From contig ADNK01001731.1 of assembly GCA_000320545.1 (NCBI GenBank), forward strand, positions 39,975-103,974: a stretch of DNA of 64,000 nt, given 5' to 3'. The notes below the pieces were generated by a model. That model was not told the DNA's origin, made no database searches, and worked only from the letters and a program-made list of their open reading frames with translations. Each line of letters opens with the position of its first letter. Position 1 is the stretch's first letter. The position numbers and the translations under genes were made by a program. Below, piece by piece: positions 52,101 to 64,000 of this stretch. Source of the DNA: Bigelowiella natans CCMP2755 (lineage: Eukaryota; Protista; Cercozoa).

Positions 52101-54600
52101 GCAGGATTTGGGGGTGCGTGGTCCTGAAGTTGGCAAAGATCATGCACAAAAGACAATGAAACTAGGAACGGAGGAGTGGCTAGAATGCCATTCTTGGTTC
52201 CTTTTCATTTCACTTCGTGCACGAGCCAACACACGTTCGCAGCGAGTGTTGCAGCGTTGTCATGGCGTCATGCCCAAAATTGGACCTCGCCAGATTTGGC
52301 TCGAGGCACTGCGTTTCGTGCACTGCAAGTGTCTTGTTGCACTTTGGAAATGCAGTTCATCATCATTGTTCATTGTCGCCGACACGCCACGAAAGTTTTG
52401 CCATCAATGGGTTGACGGTTGCGTGCAGGTCTCTGTGCGCACAGACCACGCAGTGCAACACGGCCAGTTTTGGCTCGCGTTGCAGGCACATCCAGCACTG
52501 GAGCACAACTTGGGCTTGAAGCAGCAGCTCAAGCTCAGATTGAGCCAGCTCTGCATCGTGCGATGCGACTTGTGCGATTCGTGCACGAACGCAACCACCT
52601 CGCTCAAAACTCCGTCAAACCTGCAACGAATCGTGAGAACGAGCATTTGAAGGCTTCTGCGCGCAACCAAGCGCGCAAAGGTTTCCAAGCTAGCAAGTGC
52701 TCACGGATTGGTCGCATTTGACACACTTCTCAGTCGGAACTTTTCGTGCACGCGTTGTGGGCTGTGCACGATGCAAGCACACACGCGTCAAAGCACTCAA
52801 AACGTGGCAGAGAACAAACGCGTGGCGTGCAACCTGAACCCAATCGGTGTGAAATTTTCAACTTTGCGCGCTCGCTGAGGCCTTGAAAGTGGACACTTGC
52901 TAGCTTGGCTCAACTGGCCAACAGTTTGGTCAATTTTTGTTGTTTGGCCACGGCTGGGTCGGACAAGTTCTGATGACTTTTCCTTGCCCAACTTCAACAA
53001 CTGCCTGCTGCTTCACAGCGCGTCGCGAAGCGCTGCACTGTTCAACACCTGTTTGTCACCGCGTTTGGCGGAGTTGTGCTGGCTCGACTTTCGCTTTCGA
53101 TGGAAGCTGGAGAGCGTCGCAACGCGTGAACTTTCTTTCCGCGTTGTGCAGTTGCCTTGTCGTGTCCGCTGCACGAGCTGCAGCGTCACGTGACAACTCA
53201 ACACGATGCATCTTGAATCATTTGCAAAACAACTGCATCAGACAATTGAACCTTGCGTGCTTTGCACGCAGATTCCTCCACGTCGATCAGCGTGGGGGAA
53301 GCCAGGCCAGCAGGGTGCACGGGATCTGTCCACAAGTCGTTGGATCACGTCGCTGAGTCAGAAATCAGTGAACCAGGGGAATCGCCCCCAATTCTCTGCA
53401 TCTGGTTCACAGGACGTTGTCGCACGCCCAAAGTCATCACGACCAGTTCCAGAGTTTCCCACGGCTTGAACTGGTGAAGTGCGCATCGGAGAATTGCAGT
53501 TTCCAACTTGCACACTGCAAGTCTTCACCTCACTTCACTTCACTTCAATTCAATGTCGTGCGTGCACTCTGCGTGCAGACCACGTGCACCTGCGTGCACA
53601 CATTGTGAACTTTGGTGCACGCATGCTGGCAGGCATCATTGCGGGAAACTCCAACACAAAGACGCACGTCGTCGTGCAGGTTCACACGTGACGAGCCAGC
53701 GAGATGCGTGACGTGTGCGTTCACGTTCTCACGGAGAGCGAAGACAACCGTTTCGTTTGATGCGCAGCAAGAGGGTTTTGAAGTTTTGCAACTGCAGCGG
53801 GTCGTGAAGAAACCCGAGAGGTTTCAGAGACCCGCGCAGAGCGCTTGCGTGCCCGTCTGGCCGTGTGAAACCACTTCGCTTGCTGCATTGCTGCCGCTGC
53901 CAAAAGGCACACGACTTGGTGAGCTGGTGAGGCCTGGCAGCCTGGAGGTCGTCGAGCTCCCACGTCACAACAAGCAGAGCAACGTGACGTGTGCGTCACG
54001 TGCAACACGTTGCACGTCCATTGTCGCACTCAGGTGACGCGCGAAGGTGAGCTGGTGAGTGGCAGAGAAGGAGAAGGTGGAGAAGAAAAAAGAAAAAGTC
54101 AGAAGAACGAGCAGAACAGAAACAGGAGCAGGAGAAGAAGCGGGGAAGCAAGAACGTGCTTTGGTGGGTGTGAGGAAGGACGAGCAGCACCTGCTGGCCT
54201 GCACCGAGCCAGCGAGGTTCAAGGTTCAAGGTTCAAGGTTCGTGCTTGCTCGACACTCGCTCCAGCACTCAATGAGTGAACGAAAGAATGAAAGCATTCT
54301 AGCATTGAAGAGATTCAGATGAAATTCAAATTGATCACCTTGCAACGAGCCACAACATCCACGTTGCTCACACCCGTCGTTGCAGGTTGACGTTCCAGCT
54401 GTCAATCAATGTGCGGTTCGGAATGAACAAGCGAATGAAGAGTTTCAAGGGAAGCACGAGAAGCGGTACTTTTTTGCATTTTAGACGATGAAATCAGCAA
54501 CGAACCAATGTGATTCTAAGTCAAACCACAACATCTTTTTCCTACGACACAATGATGAACGAAACTTAACTAGAAATTGCCGATTTTCAACAACAATTTT
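44500..54600 (-). mobile_element. Dada-like DNA transposon region, fully TpA-hypermutated; ends not resolved, may include a second element
   Basis: Contains the transposase listed next; about 15 TA in ~9.8 kb. Confidence 0.75.
46055..51427 (-). pseudogene. Dada-type DDE transposase with an inserted DEDDy 3'-5' exonuclease; spliced and frameshifted
   Basis: AT-hook-like start MPSGGFRRGAGRKKG; FVWLP..CP..C..RRVVD..C..C; LKIDHSFKV..VLNEYDQV..VFTD; exonuclease GLDCEW..VQVA..VGKNLGGDVSKL..CAAMD; DLFH; PLFN..TDPEIPL..WRCARGTNSVEGVH; C-terminal CKHCGC. Confidence 0.8.
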
Positions 54601-55000
54601 GAACAATTTCCATGGATTTGTTCGGAGCAAAAATTAAGGATTTCCCGTTTCATTTCCGGTAGTGCCGGGCACTCACTCCCATCGAATTCCACATTCGCAA
54701 ATTCCCCCGGTTTTCCCAGATGAAGGACGGCAACAGACAGTATTCTTCATTGGTTAGTTGCAATTTCATGTCTGCGACAATGAGATGCATGCGACCAATT
54801 TCCCAAAACGGCATGCATTTCTGACTGGAGTTGGCTTTTGACACAATCTCGTGCTTGTGTGGCTACATTTTGTGTGGTGGTGCAGGCTCGTAGCCGACCG
54901 TATTTCCTTCTCCGCCCTCCTTCGCCCCCCCTCGGTTCCGGCATACAATTCTCTATCACACGACCTGCATCGTTTTAAGGATTTTTAGATAACCCTTACG

Positions 55001-57331
55001 ATGTTTTCAACCACTATGCTGCCCCCCCAACGGCGTCATAGCAAAACCGCCCAGAAGATGGTGGTATTTTCAATACTGGGGGTGCTGGTGCTTCTAGGCT
55101 CCGTGTCCCTTTTAACCGCTCCGAAAGCGCTTTCCGTGGCACCTAAAAGCAACCTCCATCTTCAAGGAAGAGGGAATAGCATGATGGCTAGACGGCTCGA
55201 CACCGGAAAGGCAATGCACGGGAAAATGACAATGAATGGCGTGCCGCAGCTCCGACCACACAGCCGCCAGAGCCCATGGATAACACAGTCAACTGTAGAT
55301 AAGTTTAAGGATATGGTGAAGAGGGTTCCATTCAGCTACGAGAGTGTTGTCCCTGACATCGTCATGAAAGGCGCTGATAAGGTGATATCCTCTCCCTCCG
55401 CACACGCACCACCTAAGCCTAGGGAGCTGTTCATTCACGCTATCCACGTTCAATCCTTACGCTTCTACTTGGAAGTTTACACCATGCGTGCGCAATTTTA
55501 GAAATTTTGTTTTTAAATTTGTAATTTTGTTTTTAAATTTGTACTCACGGCTTTGGTTTTTGCGTTTCTGGTGGCGAAATCACAGGTGAAAACTTTCTAC
55601 CGCGATTTGGACAGGGTCGACGAATTCCTTCCCGACCTCAAAGAAGCTACCAGCCATCTCGATTCGAAGTTGTTTGCCATATTTCTTCCTTTGTGTCAAC
55701 GCCTTCACTATTTTCGCATCACTGTTATTGTTATTCCATGCCTTATTCTTTATGCGGAGAACTTCACTAATCTCGCCTCCATAACATACCAGCGGGGTAC
55801 AGGCACTGAAGTTTGTTGAGTCTGATCTTGGTGCTGTTGGAAAGAGGATAAGTAGTATCTTCGACCAGGTGGGTGGTATACTAAAAACACATTCGCAGCA
55901 CAAGTAAATCCGCATGCTAGCCATCAAACATCGGCACAGAACTCAAGCGTCTTTGCTCCATTCTTATTCTGATATTCCTGGGATCTTCTTCTTTGTCAGG
56001 ATCATCCCATCCTCCGCTCAGTGACCGAGTACTTCTTTAGAGCTGGAGGAAAGAGAATACGGCCTGTGATGACTCTCATAATGGCGCGTGCAGTCCTTGC
56101 GCACCAGGACGCTCTTAGAGGTTTGTGGTCGCCATCAGCCTACACAATATATATGACGTGAATAATAGATAAACGCTGTTATATCCGTTTGAAACGAGAT
56201 TGGAATGACCAGAAAGGCGAGAAAGAAACTTATTGAAATGATAAATGATGAATTTCCCATTTCTTTCAGATAACCTCCCTGCAAGTGAAAGAGTTCTGAC
56301 CTCATCGAAAACCCACACAGTCCCAACACAGGTATGGCAACCATCTCCTTTCCACACGTGACCCATATGATGCATAGAACGCACACGCGCAGCCATGAGA
56401 ATACATTGGAGAATCTCATGGATTAAAAGTAGAGGGGAGGGGGTTAGCTTCGGTTATGAAACACGATGCAGCCTGCTTTCTATCACACGCAAAATATATG
56501 AGCAACCAAAAAACACTATTTGCTCATATTATTCGGCTTCGTATTCAGATCCAATTAGCTCAAATTACAGAGTTAATTCACACCGCGTCTCTTTTCCATG
56601 ATGATATTATCGATGTCGCCGACACTCGCAGGTTCGTGTGGGAGGGTTAAGGGGGAGGGGGGTGGGGGGTTATGATTGTTAGGCTTTTATGTTAGAGCAA
56701 GGAATAACTAGCCCAGAGATGTCGTTGTCGAATTCTTTACCACAAGAGGCAGTGTAGATTTATAATAGGTAGAAGTAGAGAAGCATATTGACGTTTTCGT
56801 GTTAAACTATATCTCAATCGCTACTACCTACCACAGGGGGCAGAAGACGATCAACTCTGAATATGGCAATCGTGTCGCGGTGCTGTCCGGAGATTTCCTC
56901 CTCGCAAGGTGAGATATCTCCCTCCCCCCCTTCCCTCTTTGCAAAAGAAAACAGCTTCCTTTCTTACCACATATCTAATATGTCTGTGTACGTGTGTGTC
57001 TTATGTGTGCGAGAGAGAAAGAGATATGACGATGCATATACCATCAGCGTTTTCCAATTCACCAACCCCCCCCCCCCCCCCCGCCCCGTCACCGTTCGTC
57101 TATTCCCGTGTAGATCCGCGGTGCTATTAGCTGAACTCGAAGACCCACGCGTAATCACGGGAATGGCGACATCGATCGAGAACCTTTGTGGTGGAGAGCT
57201 GCTGCAGATTAAGTCTACAAAGAATGACCTCGCCACCTTCGACTACTACATCGAGAAGACGTTTTACAAGACAGGATCTCTTATGGCGTACGCTTGCCAA
57301 TCCGCAGCACAACTAGCAGGAGGTTGCGACA

Positions 57332-57369
<38 letters not shown>

Positions 57370-57911
57370 TATATATATATATATATATATATAAGCTATA
57401 CTACACGTGTAACTCGTGCAATATTTATTATGTATGCGGTTGGTTTTCTTCCTCACAAACACCGACTCACACACCATTTGAAGGGGGGGAGGGGGGGTTG
57501 AATGGGAAGAATGATTGGGAAGGATGATCGCAGAAACATGCAGAGAGCACGCACGGACACTGCGAAGAGAGAGAGAAAGAGAGAGAGGGGGAGAGAGAAA
57601 GAGAGATCGATTTAGCATCTCCCCTTATAATCTAAATGGCTGCTCCGTATGGTGTTTTCTGAAGTCCTGATCAGACCTCTTGAAAACTGACCCCATTGCT
57701 GCAATCTTTCGCTTCCCTCCCCATTCAAAATGTGCTCTTTTTGCAGCTGACGATGAGATTGCGGAGGCTGCGTATTTCTATGGAGGCTACATAGGCATTG
57801 CCTTCCAGATTGTGGACGATCTTCTTGATTTACTGCAGAACGAAGCTACCACAGGCAAACCTGTAGGAGCGGATATGAAGGTATGCTTTGACATACCTCA
57901 GTAGTAACATC

Positions 57912-57944
<33 letters not shown>

Positions 57945-58959
57945 TGTAGTAACAGGTAGAAATAACAGTATAGTAGCAATAGCAGTAGTATTGACCTCTT
58001 CAATTTCTTTTCGTGAACACCTATGATATATTAATATGGGCATCAATGTCATCATTGAGAATGAACACGGAGTCGTGCGTTGCTGCATCGTGCCGTTTTA
58101 TGCCGTTTGATGGAACCCGCGTGTGCTTTTCTCGCCGCCTCTTCTCTCGCCCTTACCAACAGAATGGCCATGCGACTGCACCGGTTCTGTACGCAATGGA
58201 GGAGCACCCTGAGCTGAGAGCCCTCATCACGAGGCGGTTTAAGAACGAAGGCGATCCTGAGAGGGGGCTCGAGCTTGTCCTAGGTAATTGTAAGGCTGCT
58301 GGGAAAAGCAAGAATTTGAGGAGGAAGTTAGGAAGAAAGAGGCTGGAGAGGAATAGAATAGGAATATGATTAGTGAGAACCTACCCCTTCAATACATCGC
58401 CCCCGTTGGATATAATGGAGAACATATTAGAGAACATATTACCCCCCCCCCTCGCAAAGATAAATCCACTCTTCCTCGGCTGCTGCGGCGTACGTTCGTT
58501 ATCAGTGCTGACACAATTCCTTATTCTCCTGTTTGCCACCTGCGGCTGCCGCCCCTCTACAGACTCTGAGGGAATCGCAAAGACGAAAAAACTTATAGAC
58601 TACTACCAAAAGAAGGCATTGGAGGTGAGAGCGATTTTCATCATCTTGATGTTTTTGGTTTCGATGCGATGATGCTTAGCCGCGAGCGCGCTCTATCACC
58701 CCTCCACACCGCCCCCTCCCCCCCCCTTTCCCCTTCCCTTCCGGAGAACAAGAGGGAAACCCCGAGGGGGGCGACAGTAGAGTAGCGAGACACAAGTCTG
58801 TTGTAGTAGGCGAGGCGTTGCGTATAGCAGTTGAGCACTGAATGTGAATTATGTTTCCTGTTTGGCTCTCTTCATCAGGCTGCGTCTAAGCTCCAAAGCT
58901 CAGACGCGAGAGACGCGTTAGTAAGTCTTGCAGAACTCGTCGTTGCTCGCAAGAGCTGA
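55001..58959 (+). CDS. Long-chain trans-prenyl (solanesyl/decaprenyl) diphosphate synthase with a bipartite-type leader
   Basis: GGKRIRP, ELIHTASLFHDDIID..TRRG, AVLSGDFLLA, KTGSL, AFQIVDDLLD, GKPVGADM, TAPVLYA; N-terminal hydrophobic segment plus a basic, Ser/Ala-rich extension. Confidence 0.93.
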
Positions 58960-59336
58960 TTGTCGAGAGAGACAACTGCTGCGACAGACAGCAGCAGCGG
59001 CGGGGTCAAAGGGATAGGCAGCGTTTCAAGCGAGCGTCTAACGTCGCAACTCCGGAAAAGGCTGCCTCATGCTGCCTTTGAAAGGGAGTCGGGATTAGCA
59101 ATGACTTGTATCATTCTCTACTCTTCTGTCACAGCGCGAGGCCACGAAGAATCGAAATGAAAGCTACTCACCAACCCCACCTTATCGAGTCGCCGCTTCC
59201 TAGATCCCATGCGCAACACAATCCGGCTCTCAAGCCGTTATCTTTTTCCCGTTTTCCCTCATCAATACCACAACCTGTATCACCCACAAATCTCCACCCC
59301 CATGCGACCATACTCAATACTCCCTCCGACAAATTA

Positions 59337-59373
<37 letters not shown>

Positions 59374-59719
59374 CAATTCTTCCTTCTTCTCTGCTCTACC
59401 TTTAAGAGGGAACACGTGAAAAATCTCGATATCTAGTATGTTCTACAAATGTACATTCGAAATCAGAATATTTACACTTAAGAAAAAGAATAAAAAAAGA
59501 ACCCTTTCTGCATAAGTCAAGTTTGCGTGCTGCTTTACGCGATTTCCAGCATAATATATAACAAGCAAGTAGCCAAATAGAATCCCGGCAGGACGATGAA
59601 TGGCTGCTTTCAAAGCACTCAACGCAATATGTTTAAGCTTTCCAGGCGATTGGAACAGCAATATCTGGGGAGGTCTTTGTCAGGATGATAGTGCCGTTTT
59701 AATGTAATCAAATGAATGG

Positions 59720-60900
59720 ATGTTTAGAGCACGTTATCACATTCGATTGACATGGATATTGTGATGTTGTAGTCAGAGATGTTCCTAGGAATTTACATGA
59801 TGACACATCTGATGTCCATGTGCATGGCTAGATAGCAGCTAATGACATGAGCGGCACCGCCATCGTTTGATTGTTTGCAACGCGCAGTGAGAGACATCTG
59901 AAAGCTACATGGAAGAAATGTGCGCATGCATCATGTTGGTTGGACAGCTTGCGATGACAACGAATTCAAACACTAGCACCTTGCCCAAATAAAGCTCTCT
60001 AGCTTAGCTAGTTAGCTGTTAGCAGACAGCTACACGATAAAGGCAAAGTGCACAGCGACAATGTGAATTGCAAAGCAACGCTCTCGACTCTGTCAAATGA
60101 GACAAACAGCGCGTGCAATTTGAAGCCACATGTTCATCACACATGCTGACTTGCTTGCAAGACCGAACACACGCGTTCGATCTTCGCACCGCGCACAAGC
60201 AGCACAGACAACAGTTGTGTCAAACGACATCACGCACGTCGCATCGATCACATCGCATCGGACATCCTGGCATCCCAGCATCGTCAGTCGAGAATCAATG
60301 GACTTGTGCAAAACATCATGCATGATGACAGTGCAGGTGCAGTGCATCGCAAGGACAGACAGGTGCGGGCTCGCACAGTCTAGCAGTGTGCAGCCCCCTG
60401 GGGCACACACACAACACCTTGCGAAGGTGTTGATCCGTGCACTTCGCACGCACGAACAAGAAAGGTCGATCTGGAGCATGCAGCTCGTTGAAACGCAGTG
60501 CCAGCTTCATCAGGCGGTTGAATTCGAAATTTTCTTCCGACAGCGTCCAAGCGTGCTTCTCAAACCAGCCCTGGTGGCCTTGCCTGCCCTCAGCTGGCTA
60601 GCGCACCGCAGCTAGCCAGCAGCGCCGCCTTCAAAACAAACGTTGCAAAACAGTTCCAAGTGCCTCGTAGAACTTCCTGATTTGGTATGTGGTTGTGCAG
60701 GTTGTCCTAGGAAGATTTCAAAAGACCGAAGCATTTCTGCGATCAGTTTCTTCACACATGCGCTCGGTTGTTGTGCTCCATCGTTTGCTCGCCTCGTCCA
60801 AAGTTGCAAGCCTCACAGACGTCTCCCACACTAGCACACTCGGCCAATGGAGTGAATGACTGAACAAAAGAAGAAATTTCTATGCTCAACTCGAAAGGTT
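59720..60900. other. Isolated TpA-depleted block between two host genes
   Basis: 60060-60650 has TA essentially only in CTAG; edges fade gradually. Confidence 0.7.
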
Positions 60901-61658
60901 CATAGGGCGTACTAATTCGCCCCTCCCCAACCGAGAGCAGCCAAAGAAAACAAACAAACAAACGTGGATGAGCACGTGAAACCTCGAGGGTTGGTTTCAC
61001 ATTGACCTACGCAAATGTGAAGTTGGTTACTTCCCGATTGCGACAATGAAAAACATGATGTAATCGACACAAACAGCACACATTTTTGACCAGCGACCGA
61101 AGCACAAGAGCTACAGCGAGGACACCGTTGCCCAAAGCCAAAAGAGTTCGACCGGAAATGGGCAAATTTTATCCCGGATTTCATCCTACGACGACACATA
61201 ATTGTTGTCGCTGACACCAAAGCCCTCGAATTTCCTCGGATGGAAAAACAAAAAGAAAGCCAAAATTGGGCACGTGTCCAGCCTGGAAAATTACATAGGA
61301 ATTTATTTGCGCGACAACTTTAAAATAACATTTTGTGCAGAAATCCCTTTGTTTTCGCCCGAATCCGCTCCTCCCAAGAGGGCCCCAACTAGTTCTTGAC
61401 GAGGATAACAAATACCGGCTAATCAGAGGGGGGTAGATAAAAATCAAGGTAGGTCGGTCGAATTACACTGCCACGTCAATCGTTTTGTACTCTGTCTATG
61501 TCTTTTGGTTCTATAATCTCCCCTGTTAATGATCTTTCGGGGGTTATCCAATCACATCGGTACCCCTCCTTCTCATGTGCCTTTTTCTACCATCTCGACG
61601 CTATTTGCTAAGAGGAAGGTTCTAGCTAGGCCGTAGGCAACTATAAGATAGTTAATAT

Positions 61659-61701
<43 letters not shown>

Positions 61702-61920
61702 GTTGCTTTGAGTACATGGAAAGTGTGATTTCGGCGATATCATTTGTTCCATCATCGGCCCTTTCCTGAGACGATCGGATACAAACTATCATTCGCTAGC
61801 GAATCGCGGCGTGATACGCAGACCTCTGCCACAACTACAAAGCTAGTATAACTTACCCTTTTGTTCCATTTCGTCGTCATTCCGAGCAGGTATCCGTGAC
61901 GAGTAACAAGCAGCAAAGAC

Positions 61921-63243
61921 ATGGACCTGAACCATACCGTGCTGCCGACCACGCCGCTGCTGCGGGGCGCTCGCAATTTGAACTCCCAGCGCAGTGTTTG
62001 GGAGGCAGTATTTACTCTTCTTTCCGTGTGCGGATTAGCGATTATCGTATCAGCGATCTGTTTTGGAACCGATCCTACCGCTGCAACGCATAGTCTTCAC
62101 TCTCTCTCGGAGAACGAATTTGCACAAGACATCGCTTTCCGAAACGCCTACCATTCGAGCCCCTCCTCGTTTCTTTCCTCTGCGCTCTCTCTTCCTGGCC
62201 GCGTACGCGTGGCGAGTACGGTGTCCCCGTTTCATCGGTGCGTGGATGATACAACAACACTACGACGCCCAAGCACGGCGAAAACACAGTACTAGCATCT
62301 ATTTGCTGGCGTTATCGATTATATTGGAAAATAACTGACAGAGAATAATTCGATAGAAACAACTTTGTTATTACAGCTATATGATGGCCTTCGCTTTCTT
62401 AATTTTTTTCATTATTTTTGTAAAACGAAGGGCCATCAGGAAGAGCCCTGCATCTCGTCGCCTCCAGCAGCAGCAGCACAATCTGAGGGGCGGTCAAATA
62501 GCAACCTCTGCGGTGATAGGTCAGACTTTTGGCTGGAAGGACAATTTGAACGTCGTCGAGTAAGTGTATGTACTAGCACTCCGTTTATCTTCCGGCGAGA
62601 TTCTGGCGCAGCCAACCGGCCACTGATTTCCAACAACACACCCTTGTAGCTCATCCTTGCTTTGCTTTTCCCAAATCTATATGCGTATATTATCCCAGAG
62701 AGAAGCACCAATCCCTCATCAAGGCCCTCGTGGACAAAGGCCAAGTGATGATACTGCTAATAGTGCATATTCCTTACTCGAATCATTACTCTAGCGTCTT
62801 TACTTACCTCCCATACATCAATGCTAAGATGAAAGGGGGAGCAAGAATTTCATCAACTGTCGCCCAAACGACGCCAACTGTTGTGACTGATTGAACGCAA
62901 ATGTCTCCTAGTCGCATTTATTTACCGGATGGGCCGAACCCGGTGTGGACGATGAGAAGAAGAGGCAAATGATGCAGCAGGTGGGGTGGTCCACTCAGTG
63001 CCACGTGAAGATGATGCCCTTTGGCCGGCGCATGTTGTAAAACACTATGATCATCTGTGCATGACAAAGCGATCTTCCGAAAACACTTCCCCTCCCCCCT
63101 CCTCCTCTTCCTCCCCCTTCTTGTATTCTCAGCTTGATGACCTGGACAAGGCATATCCGGGAGGGCTGTTGGAATACGTTTCGCGATCCAGGGACCTCCT
63201 CAAGGAGGCAATGGTGGAGAGAGCTGCTGACTGCCCACGCGCG

Positions 63244-63293
<50 letters not shown>

Positions 63294-64000
63294 TACACAT
63301 ACACATACACATACACATCCACACATACACACACAAACACACCGTTTTCAATAACATATGGATTCATCACACAATACGCATAGTCGGGCAGCAATCCCCT
63401 GAGCGGATTCGTGCCCTCGATTCCAACCGGCGAGAGACTGGAAGCAGGTTCTCCACGATTCATGGAAATGGAGGCTATCGGCCTCTCAGAGGCCCAGAAT
63501 GCGGCCTTCGTGCTCGTTGCCGGCGGCCTGGGCGAGCGGCTAGGCTTTAGCGGAATCAAGATATCTCTTCCAAACGAGCTTGTCACCGGCAAACCATACA
63601 TCCAACTGTAATGCATATCTTCTTCTTGTTGTATGTGATGCTTGCCGTGAGTAGCGTCGTTGAGCCTCCCAGCGTGTTCTGCGTGTTATAGAGCGACTAC
63701 CACTTGCTACATGTTGCGTTCTAACCACATCAAAGCACGTCTGTTTGGTGCTAAAACCTACTCTTACAACTACTAATACTAATACTACCACTACCACTAC
63801 TACTACTACTGGCTGCTGTACACCTAGGTATATCGAGAATATCTTAGCCCTGCAGCAAAGAGGTAGTACACTGATGATTTTGCCTTCGATCGATTGAAGA
63901 GAAAGAGTTACGTGTGGGAGAGAAGGATTAGTCGCTTATTCTCCCATACGAAAACCATAAATTTGAAATGAAATATAACTAGCACCAGGGGGGAGGTTCC
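61921..64000 (+). CDS. UDP-sugar pyrophosphorylase (USP family), 5' part, with an N-terminal targeting leader
   Basis: YPGGLLEYV, NPLSGFVPSIPTGE, AAFVLVAGGLGERLGFSGIKISLP, YIENILALQ. Confidence 0.9.

Noticed and set aside
50841-52650. Plus-strand ORFs of 124 and 299 aa
   Set aside because: Antisense to or upstream of the transposase in stop-depleted DNA, with no motifs
44570-54322. Dozens of overlapping Cys/His-rich ORFs in all six frames (also 25465-29031)
   Set aside because: By-product of TAA/TAG loss through TpA depletion; only frames with family motifs were accepted
44600-54450. Classical RIP, CpG decay, or mutation at 6mA ApT sites
   Set aside because: RIP would enrich TpA; CpG and ApT remain abundant here
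44311-54870. 8-bp direct repeat CTACATTT (44311 and 54863) as a target-site duplication
   Set aside because: No supporting terminal structure; a match this short is plausible by chance
14600-63800. ORFs containing YIYIYI, THTHTH, MMMM or TTTT runs
   Set aside because: Translations of intronic microsatellites
1-64000. tRNA, rRNA, snRNA genes or CRISPR arrays
   Set aside because: None recognisable by eye, including at the transposon flanks; a covariance-model search is needed to exclude mutated copies

Overview
Eukaryotic nuclear DNA, probably from an alga with a secondary plastid. Long N-terminal leaders on two enzymes suggest a chlorarachniophyte-like host (inference). Intron-rich host genes are a Tyr-kinase-like kinase, a cytochrome P450, a JmjC oxygenase, a VIT1/CCC1 transporter, a long-chain trans-prenyl diphosphate synthase and a UDP-sugar pyrophosphorylase. 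They are interleaved with foreign or mobile DNA: intronless giant-virus (NCLDV)-like genes (glycosyltransferase, methyltransferase, Stealth, patatin, Nudix, an acidic CHZ-motif protein) and a ~10 kb Dada-like DNA transposon with an internal DEDDy exonuclease. The main signal is that much of the foreign DNA and several non-coding blocks have lost almost all TpA dinucleotides, apparently by TpA->TpG/CpA (A:T->G:C) change on both strands. CTAG preferentially survives. ORFs stay open but become nearly Tyr-free (Y->C/H, I->M/T, L->P). This looks like a RIP-like hypermutation genome defence of opposite polarity to fungal RIP. All counts are by eye and exon boundaries are approximate.
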